From positions 62,250,001 through 62,314,000 of the forward strand of contig CM052816.1 in NCBI GenBank assembly GCA_028534125.1: 64,000 nt of DNA. Reading direction: 5' to 3'. The notes under the pieces are model-generated. The model searched no databases and was not told the DNA's origin. It saw only the letters and a program-made list of their open reading frames with translations. Both the position numbers and the translations under genes were made by a program. Within the stretch, counting starts at the first letter, position 1; every line of letters starts with the position of its first letter. The stretch is from Lama glama (Eukaryota). Below, piece by piece: positions 10,400 through 23,647 of this stretch.

Positions 10400-11740
10400 C
10401 ATACTGTCAGTGAAAAGGTTTTATTCAAATATAGTCAGTAGTAACTAGGACAAATCTGGATTTTTCATAGACTGAACTGTTGAGGCCTGATCAATCCCAA
10501 TTTGTTTGGATGGTGGTTATATTTTTAGTACCATGAGAGGTTCACCTACCTTATGTAAAAAAATGCATAATACATTATCAGACTTATGACAAGATAGTGT
10601 AGGAATATTGAGTTAGTAGTTGATAATCAAAACTTTCATCTTACATTACTCAGAGACCATCTGAGTGACTGAAACAAATAAGCTCACTTCTCTGTGCTTT
10701 AGTTTTCTCATTTTGAAAATTGGAATGCCTGCCTCAATTCCTTTTTGTACTGGGATAATTCAGACCTCTAAAAAAAAAAAATAAGAGGAAACTAATTCTA
10801 AATATTACTGTAATAATAAATATAAATACCAGGTTTTTCCTATAAATCCATAAACCTGTTTCCAACAATTCTTTATTCTAGACATTAAATTAGTTAATAA
10901 CAATGAAAAAAATTTAAAAGCCACTCTCTTTATTGCACATTTACAATATACTTGACAACCTCCAAGTTAAAAGAATCACTAAATCAATTACATTTTGGAC
11001 ATGCACTGCTCTTTTAGGCCACTGAAAGTCAGTAAATTTTTTATTTATTCAGGTGAGTAACCTTGCGATTTGAAAATTAATATATTTTTCTAAGTGTCTT
11101 TTGGTGGAAATTAGTCTGTTTTGTTCTTTTGTGTCTACTCTTCTGTTCTTGTAATAATTTAAAATTTTGCACTAATGCTACTATTAGGTCTGTTAAAAAA
11201 GAAAATAAAAAGGATAGTCAAGTTTATTGGTACTAGAAAGGGATGTAAGTAGAGATAATTGGACACCAAATCTGAATATACCCTGATAGACTGGTTCCCA
11301 GAGAATACGGTTATCATTAAAGCATATAATTGGCCTGGGAATATGTGATGATTGACTAAATATTTTATCATTAAGGATACTAACTACTCAGATTATCATT
11401 TCAGATTATCATTTCATTTTTTAAGTGGAGGGAAAAATCAGTCTTTACAATCAAGATAAATGTAAAACTGACATTGTAAAATTAGCCAAAAATCACAAAC
11501 CAAGAACTATGAAATTAATAGTGCGTTGTTCCTAAGTCCTAGACAGATTAGCTCTTGAATAAAGTTTAGTTTGTTACATGAAAAACATTAATAAATCAGT
11601 CCATTATTCTCAGACTTTCTATAAACACCAACAGTTTATATAATGCAACATTATAAAAACTTCAAAGCACACTTAAAAATGTTTAACTAATTGTTCTCTA
11701 CATCATTTGATTGTTCAGTTGTAGTAAGGTATGAAAATTC
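10400..11740 (-). other. RNF180: RNF180 3'UTR (end uncertain) with several candidate AATAAA signals
   Basis: AT-rich, largely unique sequence after the stop. Minus-strand AATAAA at 11223-11228, 10929-10934, 10872-10877 and 10420-10425, and a further one at 9991-9996. Confidence 0.6.
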
Positions 11741-11940
11741 CTAAAATGGAAAGAAAAAATAGCAAAGAAAGCAGAAAACAATGAATCCAATGACCCAGTT
11801 CACAGAATAAATGTAGATGATCACCATATCCATGTCAAACCACCATCCACGGCTGTCATCCTCAAAGTGCAGATAATCCATCCTATGTGCGCCATGTGGA
11901 AACTGCCTCCTTGTAACTGGAGCTGCATGTCTGTGGAAAC
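11741..11940 (-). CDS. RNF180: RNF180 last coding exon with the C-terminal transmembrane anchor ([66 protein letters not shown])
   Basis: Acceptor tcttctag|GT at 11941-11942 and stop TAG at 11743-11741. The hydrophobic tail matches the RNF180 C-terminus. Confidence 0.97.
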
Positions 11941-14900
11941 CTAGAAGATAGAGGAACATATTATATAAAGCTTATTAAATTCAGATAAGTGCTCAGAACG
12001 GAAGCTGCATTATGAACAGAGGGACCATGACCACTAAGTGGTATGTTGTATTCCTGACAGTTTTTTTTTTTTTTTTTTAAATGAGAAGCAACCATCAGAA
12101 GTCTTTTTTAGTTCAGGGTTTTAAAGGTTAGGAATGGTAAGAATAGCAAACAGCATGGAATATGAAGTCAAGAGACTATCTTTTTTTTTTTTAACTTAAA
12201 GTACAATTGATTTACAGTATTAGTTTCAGGTGAATAACATAGTGATGCAGTATTTTTATAATTATATTCCATTTAAAGTGTTTATTTATAAATTACATTT
12301 ACTTACATAGTTAAAAACTTGAAGTTAAAAAGGATGAGACAGAGATGAAATAAGTGATATTTCAGAACAAATTATATAGCCATATTTCAAATAGGTTTTT
12401 AATATTTTCTAATGTTTTCAGCTGGCTTCCTATCAAATATTGTTTTTAATTATTGATTTTTATAGCATACAAAAACCTTATACTAGAATGATGTGTCTGC
12501 TCTTCTAATTTTTTGTGTGCCTTATTAGTATTATTTTCAATCTGATTCCTTTATAGGGTTCTATTTAATCTTTTTGTCCACTTTGTGCTGGTAGTGTAGC
12601 TAAAACTAAATAATATAATGCAAAATTCATTTAACTGGGCACATGCAAACTTCAGTACATTGCAACACCTGCAAAACTAACAAACTAATGACGACAGCCC
12701 TTCATATTCCTTCATACTGAGGAAGCCTGCAGTTTTCCTCAGTAACATTACATATCATCATAACACATCAGTAAGAATGCCAGTGTCAGGCCTCACTAAG
12801 TATTAGCAAAGCTTAGCTTTTCTTTCTTAGATAAATATGACAGAACTTTTCATGTTATTTTCCTACATTCCAATGGATTGCCTTGCAGCCAACCTGTAGG
12901 CATGCTATTTTGGAGAGCATATTTAGGGGATTTCAATCCTCACAGCTTTTTAAGACTAATTACCATTCTCTAAAGTGTAGTCAGTATTTTAAGAGGAAAG
13001 GGGCCTGTTTGCATAGGAGAGTGGAGGTGGGATGCTTTTTTTTTTATCACAGTCAAAGATTATCCTAATACATAAACACAAATATTCCCAAAGTAGTTTA
13101 TATACCTTTTCAAAAACTTCTTTACAAATACAGGCTGCAGAACAGGTAGTATTGTTATTGGAAATTGTTACCATTACTATTATATTTTGAAGTATGTTAT
13201 TCTTCTGTCCAAAAGGATTATTTAGACGTCTTAGGTTCTTGAGATTCAAAAGTTTCAGTTACCTGGGTCAAAGATTTTAATGGCATAGTTGCAGAAAACA
13301 GTAGAGCCAAGATTAGACAAGGCACTATAAAGATGAAGAATTCTGAGTATGGAGGTCATAGTACTGTTTCCCACAGGACAGTCTCAGTTACTCCTGATGT
13401 CCTGGTATAATTACTGATAGTGCCCCTTTCACCCTAAAAGTGTCCTCATTAATGGTAAGATCTTTACTGGTGGAATGAGGAAGAAGGCACTGTTAGGAAG
13501 ACAGTGAACTGTAACATTTGCAGCTCTGAACACCGGAAGGCAATGTTGACCCAGGACGGCTAATTCAATATGTTTTTATAGGTAAGGTAGATAATGATTA
13601 TTATTTGGTTAATGTTAATTTCTTAATTTTTTTTAAGTGAGGAAGGATTGAGTAGGTGTTTGTAATAATTTTGGAATTTTCAGAACCGTACATTGGAGAT
13701 GATCGTCATTTCTAAATCAAAATCAGACTAAAAGGAAATCACCTTACAGACACTGTTACTTGGTAAGTTTTAGATCGATTATGACATTAGAAAAATTGCC
13801 AGAATACTAATCACAGAGATTAACTGCAAATTCCACTGTAAAATGATGATAATGAAAGTACCTAATTCATTGGGCTAATGTGAGGATTAGATGAATTAAT
13901 ACATAAAAAGCACATTCCTGGCCCACAGGTAAACAGATGTTAGATTCTTTTTCTTATATTTTTTATTACTATAGTCACCTCTAGTTTCAACATGAGGATG
14001 AAGATGCTTTTATTGTCAGTGCTTGTTCTTCATACTGTGTCTACCTTTTCTGAATAAATCAGTACACTTACCATTGTTGGGGCAAACAAATGGCTGAGAA
14101 ACTGTTTCAAGTATGAGTTGATTTCTCTAAGGCAGTTGCTAACTTTACACAGATAAGAGTATCAGTTACTGAAACTATGGAATTTATTAGACATTTATGG
14201 ACAGTATATGTACTATCTCTCAGTGGCTGAGGATTTAAATATATTTTAAGACATGGTTCCTGTCTTAAGAAACTTGTAGTCAAGAACTTGTTTCTCAATC
14301 TTTTTTTTTTTCCTTATCATCCATGTAAGGAGGAAAAAATAAGTTAAATTTATTTTAAATTAAATATTCTAATCGATAAATTAACTTAAGCTTAATTTCT
14401 CCCTGAGAGAAATTTAAGATAAGAAATAAAGTTTTATCAGGTGGGGTTGAGCTCTTGAGAACCACCAACCACTGTAATACCTAAGATATTTTGGTCCCAA
14501 AGAACCAATTTTTTCCCCTATTTAAAATGCATGTCCTAGGAGACAGTATACTTATTAAAACCATTATGGTAAGGGTAAATATATATATTTTAATACATAC
14601 AAACACTTCATTCCAAAAAAAGTATTTGTATTGAAGTCAATGGAGAAGGTTCTGCACAAGAAATTCACTTTTACAAAGACTTAAGCACAACCTACTACTG
14701 GAGATAGCCTAATAATTAGTTTGGTATTAAGACATGGTTTAAAGAATATCCAATAGTATTAGTACATTTTAATTACGCTATTTTAAACTAAAGAACACAG
14801 TAAAGACACATACTTTTTTTTGTGTCAAAAACTATAATGAAAAAAAGCATAGTGCAGTGAAAATCATACTCTACCAGGAGTCAGAAAATGTGCCAATCTT

Positions 14901-14999
14901 AAACATACTCATTATTTGGTCAAGTCAAAATAGTTCTTGTGTATCTATCAAGATGTTCATATAGTATTTTTTAATCTGTTAGTGTGATGAATTCAAACA

Positions 15000-15610
15000 G
15001 CAGATTTCTTAAATGTTGAATAATTTTTAAAAAATCTGTTAAAGTGGTGAATTAAAGTGATAAGATTTTTCCAATGTTTATCATTTCTTCATACCCAGGA
15101 TAAATTTCATGTATTCATGATACTGGTTTTTATACATTAATGGATTCAGCTTTATATATTTTATGTGGCATTTTTATGCCTATAATTTCCTGTTTTATGT
15201 GATTTTTGCCTGGTTTGTATATCATGATTTTATTGACTTCATAAAACACACTGACAGTTAAGTGACAATTCTCCATGGATCTCTGTGTGTCTGCATATCT
15301 TGCAAGCAGAAGCACCGACTGCCTTTGTTCTGACATTGCCAATCTTGTGCTCTCTTTTTACTCTCTGAAATGGTTTGCATAAAATTAGAATCCTTGATGG
15401 CTTGACATATCTAACCTAGAAAACCATTCTGGCCTGTTGTCTTTTCAGGTGTAGGGTAGGTTTTTAAATACCAGTCAGTTTCTTTAATACTTATTGGTAC
15501 ATTTATGTTTTCTAGTTCTTCTTGAGTCCCTTTAGGTAACTTTTTATTTAGCACTATCCATTCTATCCAAGTTTTTAAATAAATTAGACTAAAATTTTCA
15601 TAGCTGTGAT
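15000..15610 (-). mobile_element. Old L1 ORF2 fragment(s)
   Basis: Minus translation QEELENINVPISIKE...KTTGQNGFLG is L1 ORF2-like. Boundaries approximate. Confidence 0.65.
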
Positions 15611-17039
15611 ACATTTAGGGCTTTTCACAAATATTCTAGTCTCCCGAGAACTTGGTTTATTTGCCCTTCCATGCCCCTTGTAAGTTAGGTATGGTCATGA
15701 CACTTGACAAATGACAATCACTGTCCAATGAAAAGCCTGTGTGTTACTTCTAGGTAGAACATTTTGCAGTTTAAGATGCTATGGAAGTCTCTTTTGCTCC
15801 TCCACAACAGCCAGCAATGTACCAGACAAAGGCTGCTCTGTCTTCCTGGGTCCTGAAGCTTAGGATAATGTGGAGCAGAGCACCTAGGAGTTAAAGGAAA
15901 AACTAATTCTGACTGAAAATAATGAAGTGACTTTTAAAACTACTGAAGAAAAGGGTGATGATCCCAAAAGTTGTATCTGACTTGTTTTTCAATGTAGAAA
16001 AAAGAAAGGAAGAAAGAAAAAGCTCAGAGAAATGCATAGTGTGAAATCAGAGAGTGAGAAAGAACTGTGAAGAAAATCTCCATGTCACTATCAGGTTTAG
16101 AAAGAATACACAGAAGAACCAGGATTCCAGAATCTCATACAGGTACTTCTGCCTCTTCATAAATTCTATTTTGTAAAAACAATTTTACCTCAGAAGGATT
16201 TCTCTCATGTGTTCTGGAAAATAAGGCTATGATTTCTTTCCTCCCAAAATATGGTTCAAATGTATTTTCACCATCAAAGACCACAAAGTAGGTTCTATAT
16301 TTTGAAAATTCTTTCAGAGGCAGAAAGACTGTCAAAAATTGTTACTCATTTTGTAATTTTAGCAACTGGCACAGTGCTTACAAGTGGGTACTAAATGTGT
16401 TTGTTGAATGGATGGATGAGTGCCTGTACATAAGGACAGACTTCAGAGAATAGAATGAATAATTAGCACATTTTTGAGAATGTCCCAAATCAAGCTTCTC
16501 AACTGTAGTTTCAGCATGTATTGAATATTATCAATATATCTGAGATACATTTTGTAGTTCTTACATTTCTCTAGAGGTTAATTAGAAAACCCTGAAATCA
16601 GTATTATAAAGGAGGTATGTCCTATCCTTTATGTGTGATGGGACAGACAAAAGGCTTGGTGTTTTATTGCTCTTTATTCTTCATATTACATAAGAATTTT
16701 GTTGTGTCAAAGTTTGATTGATTTAAGTAGGCCTTAGCAGCTAAAGTAGAGTGATATTTTTAGTCACAAGCAGGTATAGAGTTACTGATAATAGACATGA
16801 AAAGTTAATGTAAATTGGATTTTAAATTTCATCTTTATCTTTCATATCTTCAGGATCTCAGAACCAAATATATTTATTAGTCCTGCAAAGTTAACTTTTT
16901 ATATTGAATAAATTATGTTGGAAACTGCAACATAGTCTATAACACCCAAGTAACTTTCAATATAGTTTATGAAGTTATCAGGCAAAATTACATAATTTTT
17001 AAAAGTTTTGTTTCTGTAACCAGGTAAGAAGTGAGTAAT

Positions 17040-20000
17040 TTTTTTAAAGTTATTTTATTGTGGTAAAATACAAATAACATGAAATTTGGCATTTTAAGCA
17101 TTTTTAGTATATAATTCAGTGGCTTTATATTCACAAAGTTGTGCAACCATCGCCATTATTTATTTCTGCCAATTTTTTTCATCACCACAAAGAGATACTC
17201 TGTAGCCATTAAGCAATAATTCTCCAATTCCCCACTCTCCTCTGCTCCTGGTAACCTCTAATCTACTTTCTGTGTCTATGAATTTGCCTATTCTAGATAT
17301 CTCATAGAAGTGGGATCATACAATATTCATCCTTTTGTGTCTGGCTTATTTCACTTAATGTTATCAAAGTTCACTGATACTGCATAATGTATCAAAACTT
17401 CATTTCTCCAAAAAAAAATCCTTTTTATGGCTGAAGAATATTCCATTGTGTGTGTATGTGTGTGTATGTACACACACACATTTTGCTTATAGATTAATTC
17501 GTTCTTGGATACCTGAGTTGTTTCCATCTGTTGGCTATGATGAACGATGCTGCAATGAACACTGGCAAGTATCTGTTTGAGTCCCTGTTCTCAATTCTTT
17601 TGGGTATATACCCAGGAGTAGAATTGTTATATCATACTGTAATTCTATGTTTAGCATTTTGAGGAAACTCCAAACTGTTTTTAAAGTGGGATATATTATT
17701 TTGCATCCCTGCCAGCAATGCACAGGGGTCCAATTTCTCCACATCCTTGCCAATACTTGTTATTATCTGTTTTTTTAAATTACTATAGCCATTATAGTAG
17801 GTATGAATCTCACTGTGGTTTTGATTTGCATTAATTCCCCTAATGACTAATGATGCTGTGTATCTTTTCATGTGCTTACTGGATAGTTGTATATCTTTGG
17901 AGAAAAGTCTACTGACGTCTACTGCTCATTTTTTAACTGGGTTGTGTGTCTTCTTGAGTTCTTGATATATTCTGGGTATTAAGCCCTTGTCACATATATA
18001 ATTTGCAAATATTTTCTCCCATTATGTAGGTTGTCAACTTCATGATAATGTCCTTTTGATGCACAAAATACTTAATTCCACTAAAGCACAATTTATTCAT
18101 AATCTCATGCTTTTTGGTGTCACACCTAAGAATTCATTGGTCATGAAGATTTATCTATTTTATGAGTTTGAGTTTTATGGTTTTAACTCTTATATTTAGG
18201 CAGTTGATCCATTTTGAGTTAATTTTTGTACATGGTATGAGGTAAGGGGTCCAACTTTATTCTTATGTATGTGGAAATCCAGTTGTTCTAGCATTTGTTG
18301 AAGAGACTATTCTTTTCCCATTGAATGGACTTAGCACCCTTGTCAAAAGTCAAGTGGCCATAGACATACGGGTTTATTTCTAGACTTTCTATTCCATTTC
18401 TATTCCATATCCTTTTGCCAGTATCATACTATTTTGACTACTGTAGCTTTGAAGTAAGTTTTGAAATTTAAAATGTGAGTCCTACAACATTGTGCTTTTG
18501 TTAAGATTTTTGTTGTTGTTGTTACTCGTGGCCCCATGATTTTAAGGATCACATTGTCCATTTCTACAAGATTTTGCAATTTTGCTAGGGATTGCACTAA
18601 ACCTATAGATAGTGGTACTGGTATCTTAACAACATGAAGCCTTTTAATCCATGAACACAGGATATCTTTCCAGTTTTTTTAGAACTTCTTTCATTTTTTT
18701 CAGCTATGTTTTACAGTTTCCAGTGTGCAAGTCTTTCACATCCTTGGTTAAAATTTTTCCTAGTTATTTTTTCTTTTAAATGCTATTGTAAATGAAACTG
18801 CTTTCTTAATATCCTTTTTAGATTGTTCTCTGTTGGTGAACGCAACTGAGTTTTGTGTGCTGATCTTGTAACCTGCAACTTTGCTGGATTTTTAAAAATC
18901 ACCTTTAGGAGCTTTCTGTTAGCCTCTTTTGGATTTTCTATATATAGGATTATGTCATCTGTGGATAAGTTTACTTCTACATTTCCAATTTAGATGCTTT
19001 TTAATTCTTACTGTTCTGGCTAGAACTTCTAGCACAGTATTGAACAAGCAGCGGAGAAAGCAGGCATTCTTGTCTTGTTCTTAATCTTAGCGGGAAAGCT
19101 CTCAATCTTTCACACTGAATTTGATGTTAGCTGTGGGTTTTTCATGAATGTCCTTTGTCATGTTAAGGAAGTTCCTTTTATTCCTAGTATTCTGAATGTT
19201 TTTTTAAAAAAGGTACCAGATTGTGTCAAATGCCTTTTATGCATCAGTCAAGAGGATCATTTTTTCTCCTCCATTTTATTACTGTGATATATTACATTGA
19301 TTTTCTTATGTTGAACCTTTCTGGGATAAATACCATTTGATCCTATTGTACCAATCAGTTTGCTGGGATTTTTTGGAGGATTTTGCATCTATATTTATGA
19401 GAGACACTGGTCTGTAATTATCTGGCTTTCATACTGGGGTAATGGCCTCATAGAATAAGCTGGGATGTATTCCCTTCTCTTCAATTTTTTTTTTTGCAAG
19501 AGTTTGAGAAAGATTGGTGTTACTTCTTTAAATTTTGTTAGAATTCACCAGTGATGTCATTTGGTCATGGACTTTTCTTGGTTGGGCGGTGTTTCATTAC
19601 TGATTGAAGTTCTTTACTTGTTATAAGTCTGTTGAGATTTTCTGTTTATTCTTAAGTTTAGACAATTTGTGTTTCAAGAAATGTGTCCGTTTCATTTGGG
19701 TAATCTAATTTGTTGGCATAGAATTCTCATCTTTTTAAAAACATTTCTGTAACGGTAGTGATGTGCCTAATTTCATTTCTAATTTTAGTTATTTGCATCT
19801 TTTTTTGTTGTCTAGCTAAAGATTTTCCAACTCTTTCAATCTTTTAAAAGAACCAACTTCAGGTTTTGTTGATTCTATATATTGTTTCTCTGTTCTGTAT
19901 TTTATCTTCATTCTAATCTTTATTATTTTCTTCTTTCTGCTGTTTTTGGGTTTAGATTGCTCTTCTTTTTCTAGTTCCTGAAGGGGTAAAATTATGTTAT

Positions 20001-22560
20001 TGGTTGACATCTTTTGTCTTTCTAACGTAGGTGTTTGTAGCTATAAATTTCCCCCTGAGCATTGCTTTTGCTGTGTCTTCTAAGTTTTGGTATGCTGTAT
20101 TTGTTCTTAATTTCCTTTTTTCCCTAGTTTTAAAAATGGAATATATTTGACATATAACATTGTATAAATTTTAAGCTGTTATATAGTGTGTCAACTTGAT
20201 TCATTTAAATAATGTAATACGATTGCCACTGTAGCAATACTTAGGGCCTCTATCACACTGCATAATTTATCCTTTCTTTTTAGTGGTTGGGATAATTTTT
20301 AGTCTCTTAGCAAGTTTAATGATTGTGGTACAATACTGTTGTCTATATTCATTATACTGTGCATTAGATTCTCTGTGGCTTGTTTACTACTCTTACCAAA
20401 TTTGTACCAATAACCTCAGTACAATCTTATTCCTCCACATCCCCCCCCCACCTCCATCCCCTGGTAACCACTGTTTTACTCTGCTTATGAGTTTTACTTT
20501 TTTAGATATCACATACAGTATTTATCTTTCTCTGATTTAGCTCACTTAGCATAATTTGTTCAAGATCATCCATGTTGTCACAAGTGACAGGATATTCCCT
20601 GTTCTCATGGCTGGATACTATTCCATTGTGTGTATATATGTAAAAAAATATATATATATTTAATCAATTCATCCACTAATAGATAGCTAGGTTTCCATAT
20701 CTTCACTGTTATTAATAATGCTGCAGTAAACATGGGGTACATGTATATCTTCAAAATCCTGTTTTTACTTCCTTTGAGTATATACTGGTAAGTGGAATTG
20801 CTGGATTGTATGGTAGATTCTTAATGCTTCGAGGAACCTCCGTACCATTTTCCATAGTGGCTGGATCAATTTACGTTCCCACCAACAGTGTATAAAGGTT
20901 CCCTTTGCACCATAGCCTCACCGTATATGTTGTCTCTCGTTCTCTTGATGATAGTCATTCTAATAAGTATGAACTGATACCTTGTAGTTTTGATTTGCAT
21001 TTCCATGATTAGTGACGTTAAGCAGCTCTCCATGTGCCTGTTGGCGATTTTGATGACGTCTTTGGAACAATGTCTATTTTGTTTCCCTGCCCATTTTTGT
21101 CTTATTTATCTTTTATTAAGTTGTATGAATTCTTAATGTATTTTGGATATTAACCTCTTATAATATGGTTTGCAATATTTTTCTCCCATTCTGTACGTTG
21201 TCTTTTAATTTTGTTGTTTCTATTGCTGTGAAGAAGCTTTTAAGTTCGATGTAATCCCATATGTTGACGTTTGCTTTTGCTATTTGTGCTTTTGGCATCG
21301 TATCAAAAAATCATTACCTAGAGCAATGTTGAGGCGCTTCTTCCCTATGTTTTCTTCTAGTTTTTATGGTATCAGATTTATCTTTAAGTCTTCGATCCAT
21401 TTTGAGTTAGACAGTGGTCCAATTTCCTTATTTTGCATGTGTTTATCCAGTTTTCCCAGCACCATTTGTTGAAGAGAGTATCCTTTTCCTATTGGGTGTT
21501 CTTCATTCCCTTGTTGAACATTATTAGTTCACTCTATATGCCAGGATTTAAATCTGGGCTCTGTTTTCCTTTCCATTGGTCTTCTATTTTTGCACTGGTA
21601 CCATACTTCTTAAAATACTATGGCTTTATAGTATAAATTTTGAACTCCAGAAGTGTGATACCTCCAGCTTTTGTTCTTTTTTTCCCTCAGGATTGCTTTG
21701 TGGTTCCACACAAATTTTAGGATTGTTTCTTCTATTTCTCTTAAGAATGCCTTTGGTATTTTGATGAGTATTGCACTGAATCTGTAGATGGCATTAGGTA
21801 GTATGGACATTTTAACAATATTAATTCTTCCAATCTATGAAAATAGGATGTCTTTCCATTTGTTTGAGCCTTCTTCAATTTCTTTCATAAGTCTTGTGGT
21901 TTTCATTGTACAGCTCTTTCATTTCCTTGGTTAAATTTATTCCTAAGTATTTTCTTGTTTTTGATACTGTTGTAAATGGGACTTTTCATCATTAGTGTAA
22001 AGGAATGCAATTCTGATTTCTGTATGTTGATTTTGTGTCCTGCTATTTTACTGAAATTAGTTTCTACAGTTTTTGATTGACTCTTTGGGAATTTCTATAT
22101 ATAATATATTAGAAATCATCTATCTTATGAGCAAATAGCAACAATTTTCCTGTTAGGTTGCTCCTTCTAGGTGTTTTTGCTGTCACTGTCTCCTGTTGGC
22201 TCCGAAGCATCCTCAAAGGTCCAATCTACCCACTTTCAGATGCACTGCTGAATGGATCTCATGGGTGTCCTGGTGTGCTGTGCAGAGGCATTTTTGCTCA
22301 GTTTGGATGTCCAAAGAGTTCTAAATTGAAGGGGAGATTTAAAAAAAAAAAAGAGGAACGACTCATGCTGCCATGATGGTGATGTCACTCCACCTGGAGG
22401 TATCTTCTAATTTCCCTTATGCTTTATTCTTTGACCCACTGTTTGTTTAAAGTGTGTTATTTAATTTCCATATATTTGTGATTTTATTCAATTTTCCTCC
22501 TTTATTGATTTCTAGCTTTATTTAATTGTGGTTGAAAAGATACTTTGCATGATTTCAGTC
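17040..22560 (-). mobile_element. Old L1 (L1MB/MC-like) 3' portion, interrupted by a second L1 at about 20120-22395
   Basis: L1 3' end at 17040. ORF2 remnants include [19 protein letters not shown] (21610-21810) and LQELEKEEQSKPKNSRKKKIIKIR (19816-20010). A second 3' end lies near 20125 and an L1 5' start near 22390. Confidence 0.85.
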
Positions 22561-23647
22561 TTGTGGCAATACCCTGTCTTTTTAACGTCTATAACTTAAT
22601 TATAAATTTAAGTACAAAAAAATGATTTTCTTGTTTTTTCCCTTAATTTTGGGGGACTATATATAATAATTTGCCATTAAATTATGTAACTTATGGTATT
22701 ATATTTATATTATCCACTTTCTAACTGGCCACAATTGGGCTAAATGTGATTTATTTTTATTCATGGCTCCAGAATAACTAAACACCAGAATATCATTTTT
22801 CTATGAAAAAAGGTAAGCAAACAGCCATTATGCAGTCATTTAGTGATAGTTTTGACTGAGTGGTTGTTTAAGATTCAAACAAATTTATTTAAAATAAAAA
22901 GTATCATATAAAATTTATGTTCAATTACATGTTATAATGTAATAATTTTATATTCAAAATTGAGAATTTTTTCCATGAAATAAGGTTTAATGGTTTTTTC
23001 CTAAAAAATATAAAATGCTTTCTTTTTCTTCATTTCTGGTACCATGAAATATAGAATAATTAATGAGTCTATTTGTAATCATAGACTAAATTATAGCTCT
23101 AATACTAAATCTAATACTAAAAATTTAGATTTAATGTAAAAATTTTTGCAGTAAATTTAGTCTGGAGATCTTAAGTCTTAACCTAATCTCTAACAGATTA
23201 CAAAAGTATTTCTTGTGAGGAAATAATTACAGTGATCCAATACACTGTTTCACGACCTAAATGAGGCTCTTTGAATTATCAGTAAGTCCTTGAGGATAGA
23301 TACGTTCTCTAATTTACAGATTAAAACTACAGGAAAAGACTTGAAACCTTAACAGTTTATTGATTTACTAAGGGTCACATCATAAGTGATTGAGCTGGGC
23401 CATAAAGCCAGTGTCTGTTTATATATCTATGATAGTGCATTAAATTTTGATATTTCAAAGCTTTAAGATGATGCAAAATTCTTCCATTATCTTGGTATTT
23501 TATATTGAAAATATTTCAAACTGCCTTTTGAGAAGATAGCTATTTTAAAAATCATTTTATCTATTAATATATCTCACCTTATTTTAAAATCTTTTCTTTG
23601 ACACTAGAATACTGAGCAGCCTAATTAGTTAGAAGACACTGAGGTAA

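Noticed and set aside
11388..11413. 13-bp tandem duplication tcagattatcatt in the RNF180 3'UTR
   Set aside because: Ordinary slippage duplication with no evidence of function.
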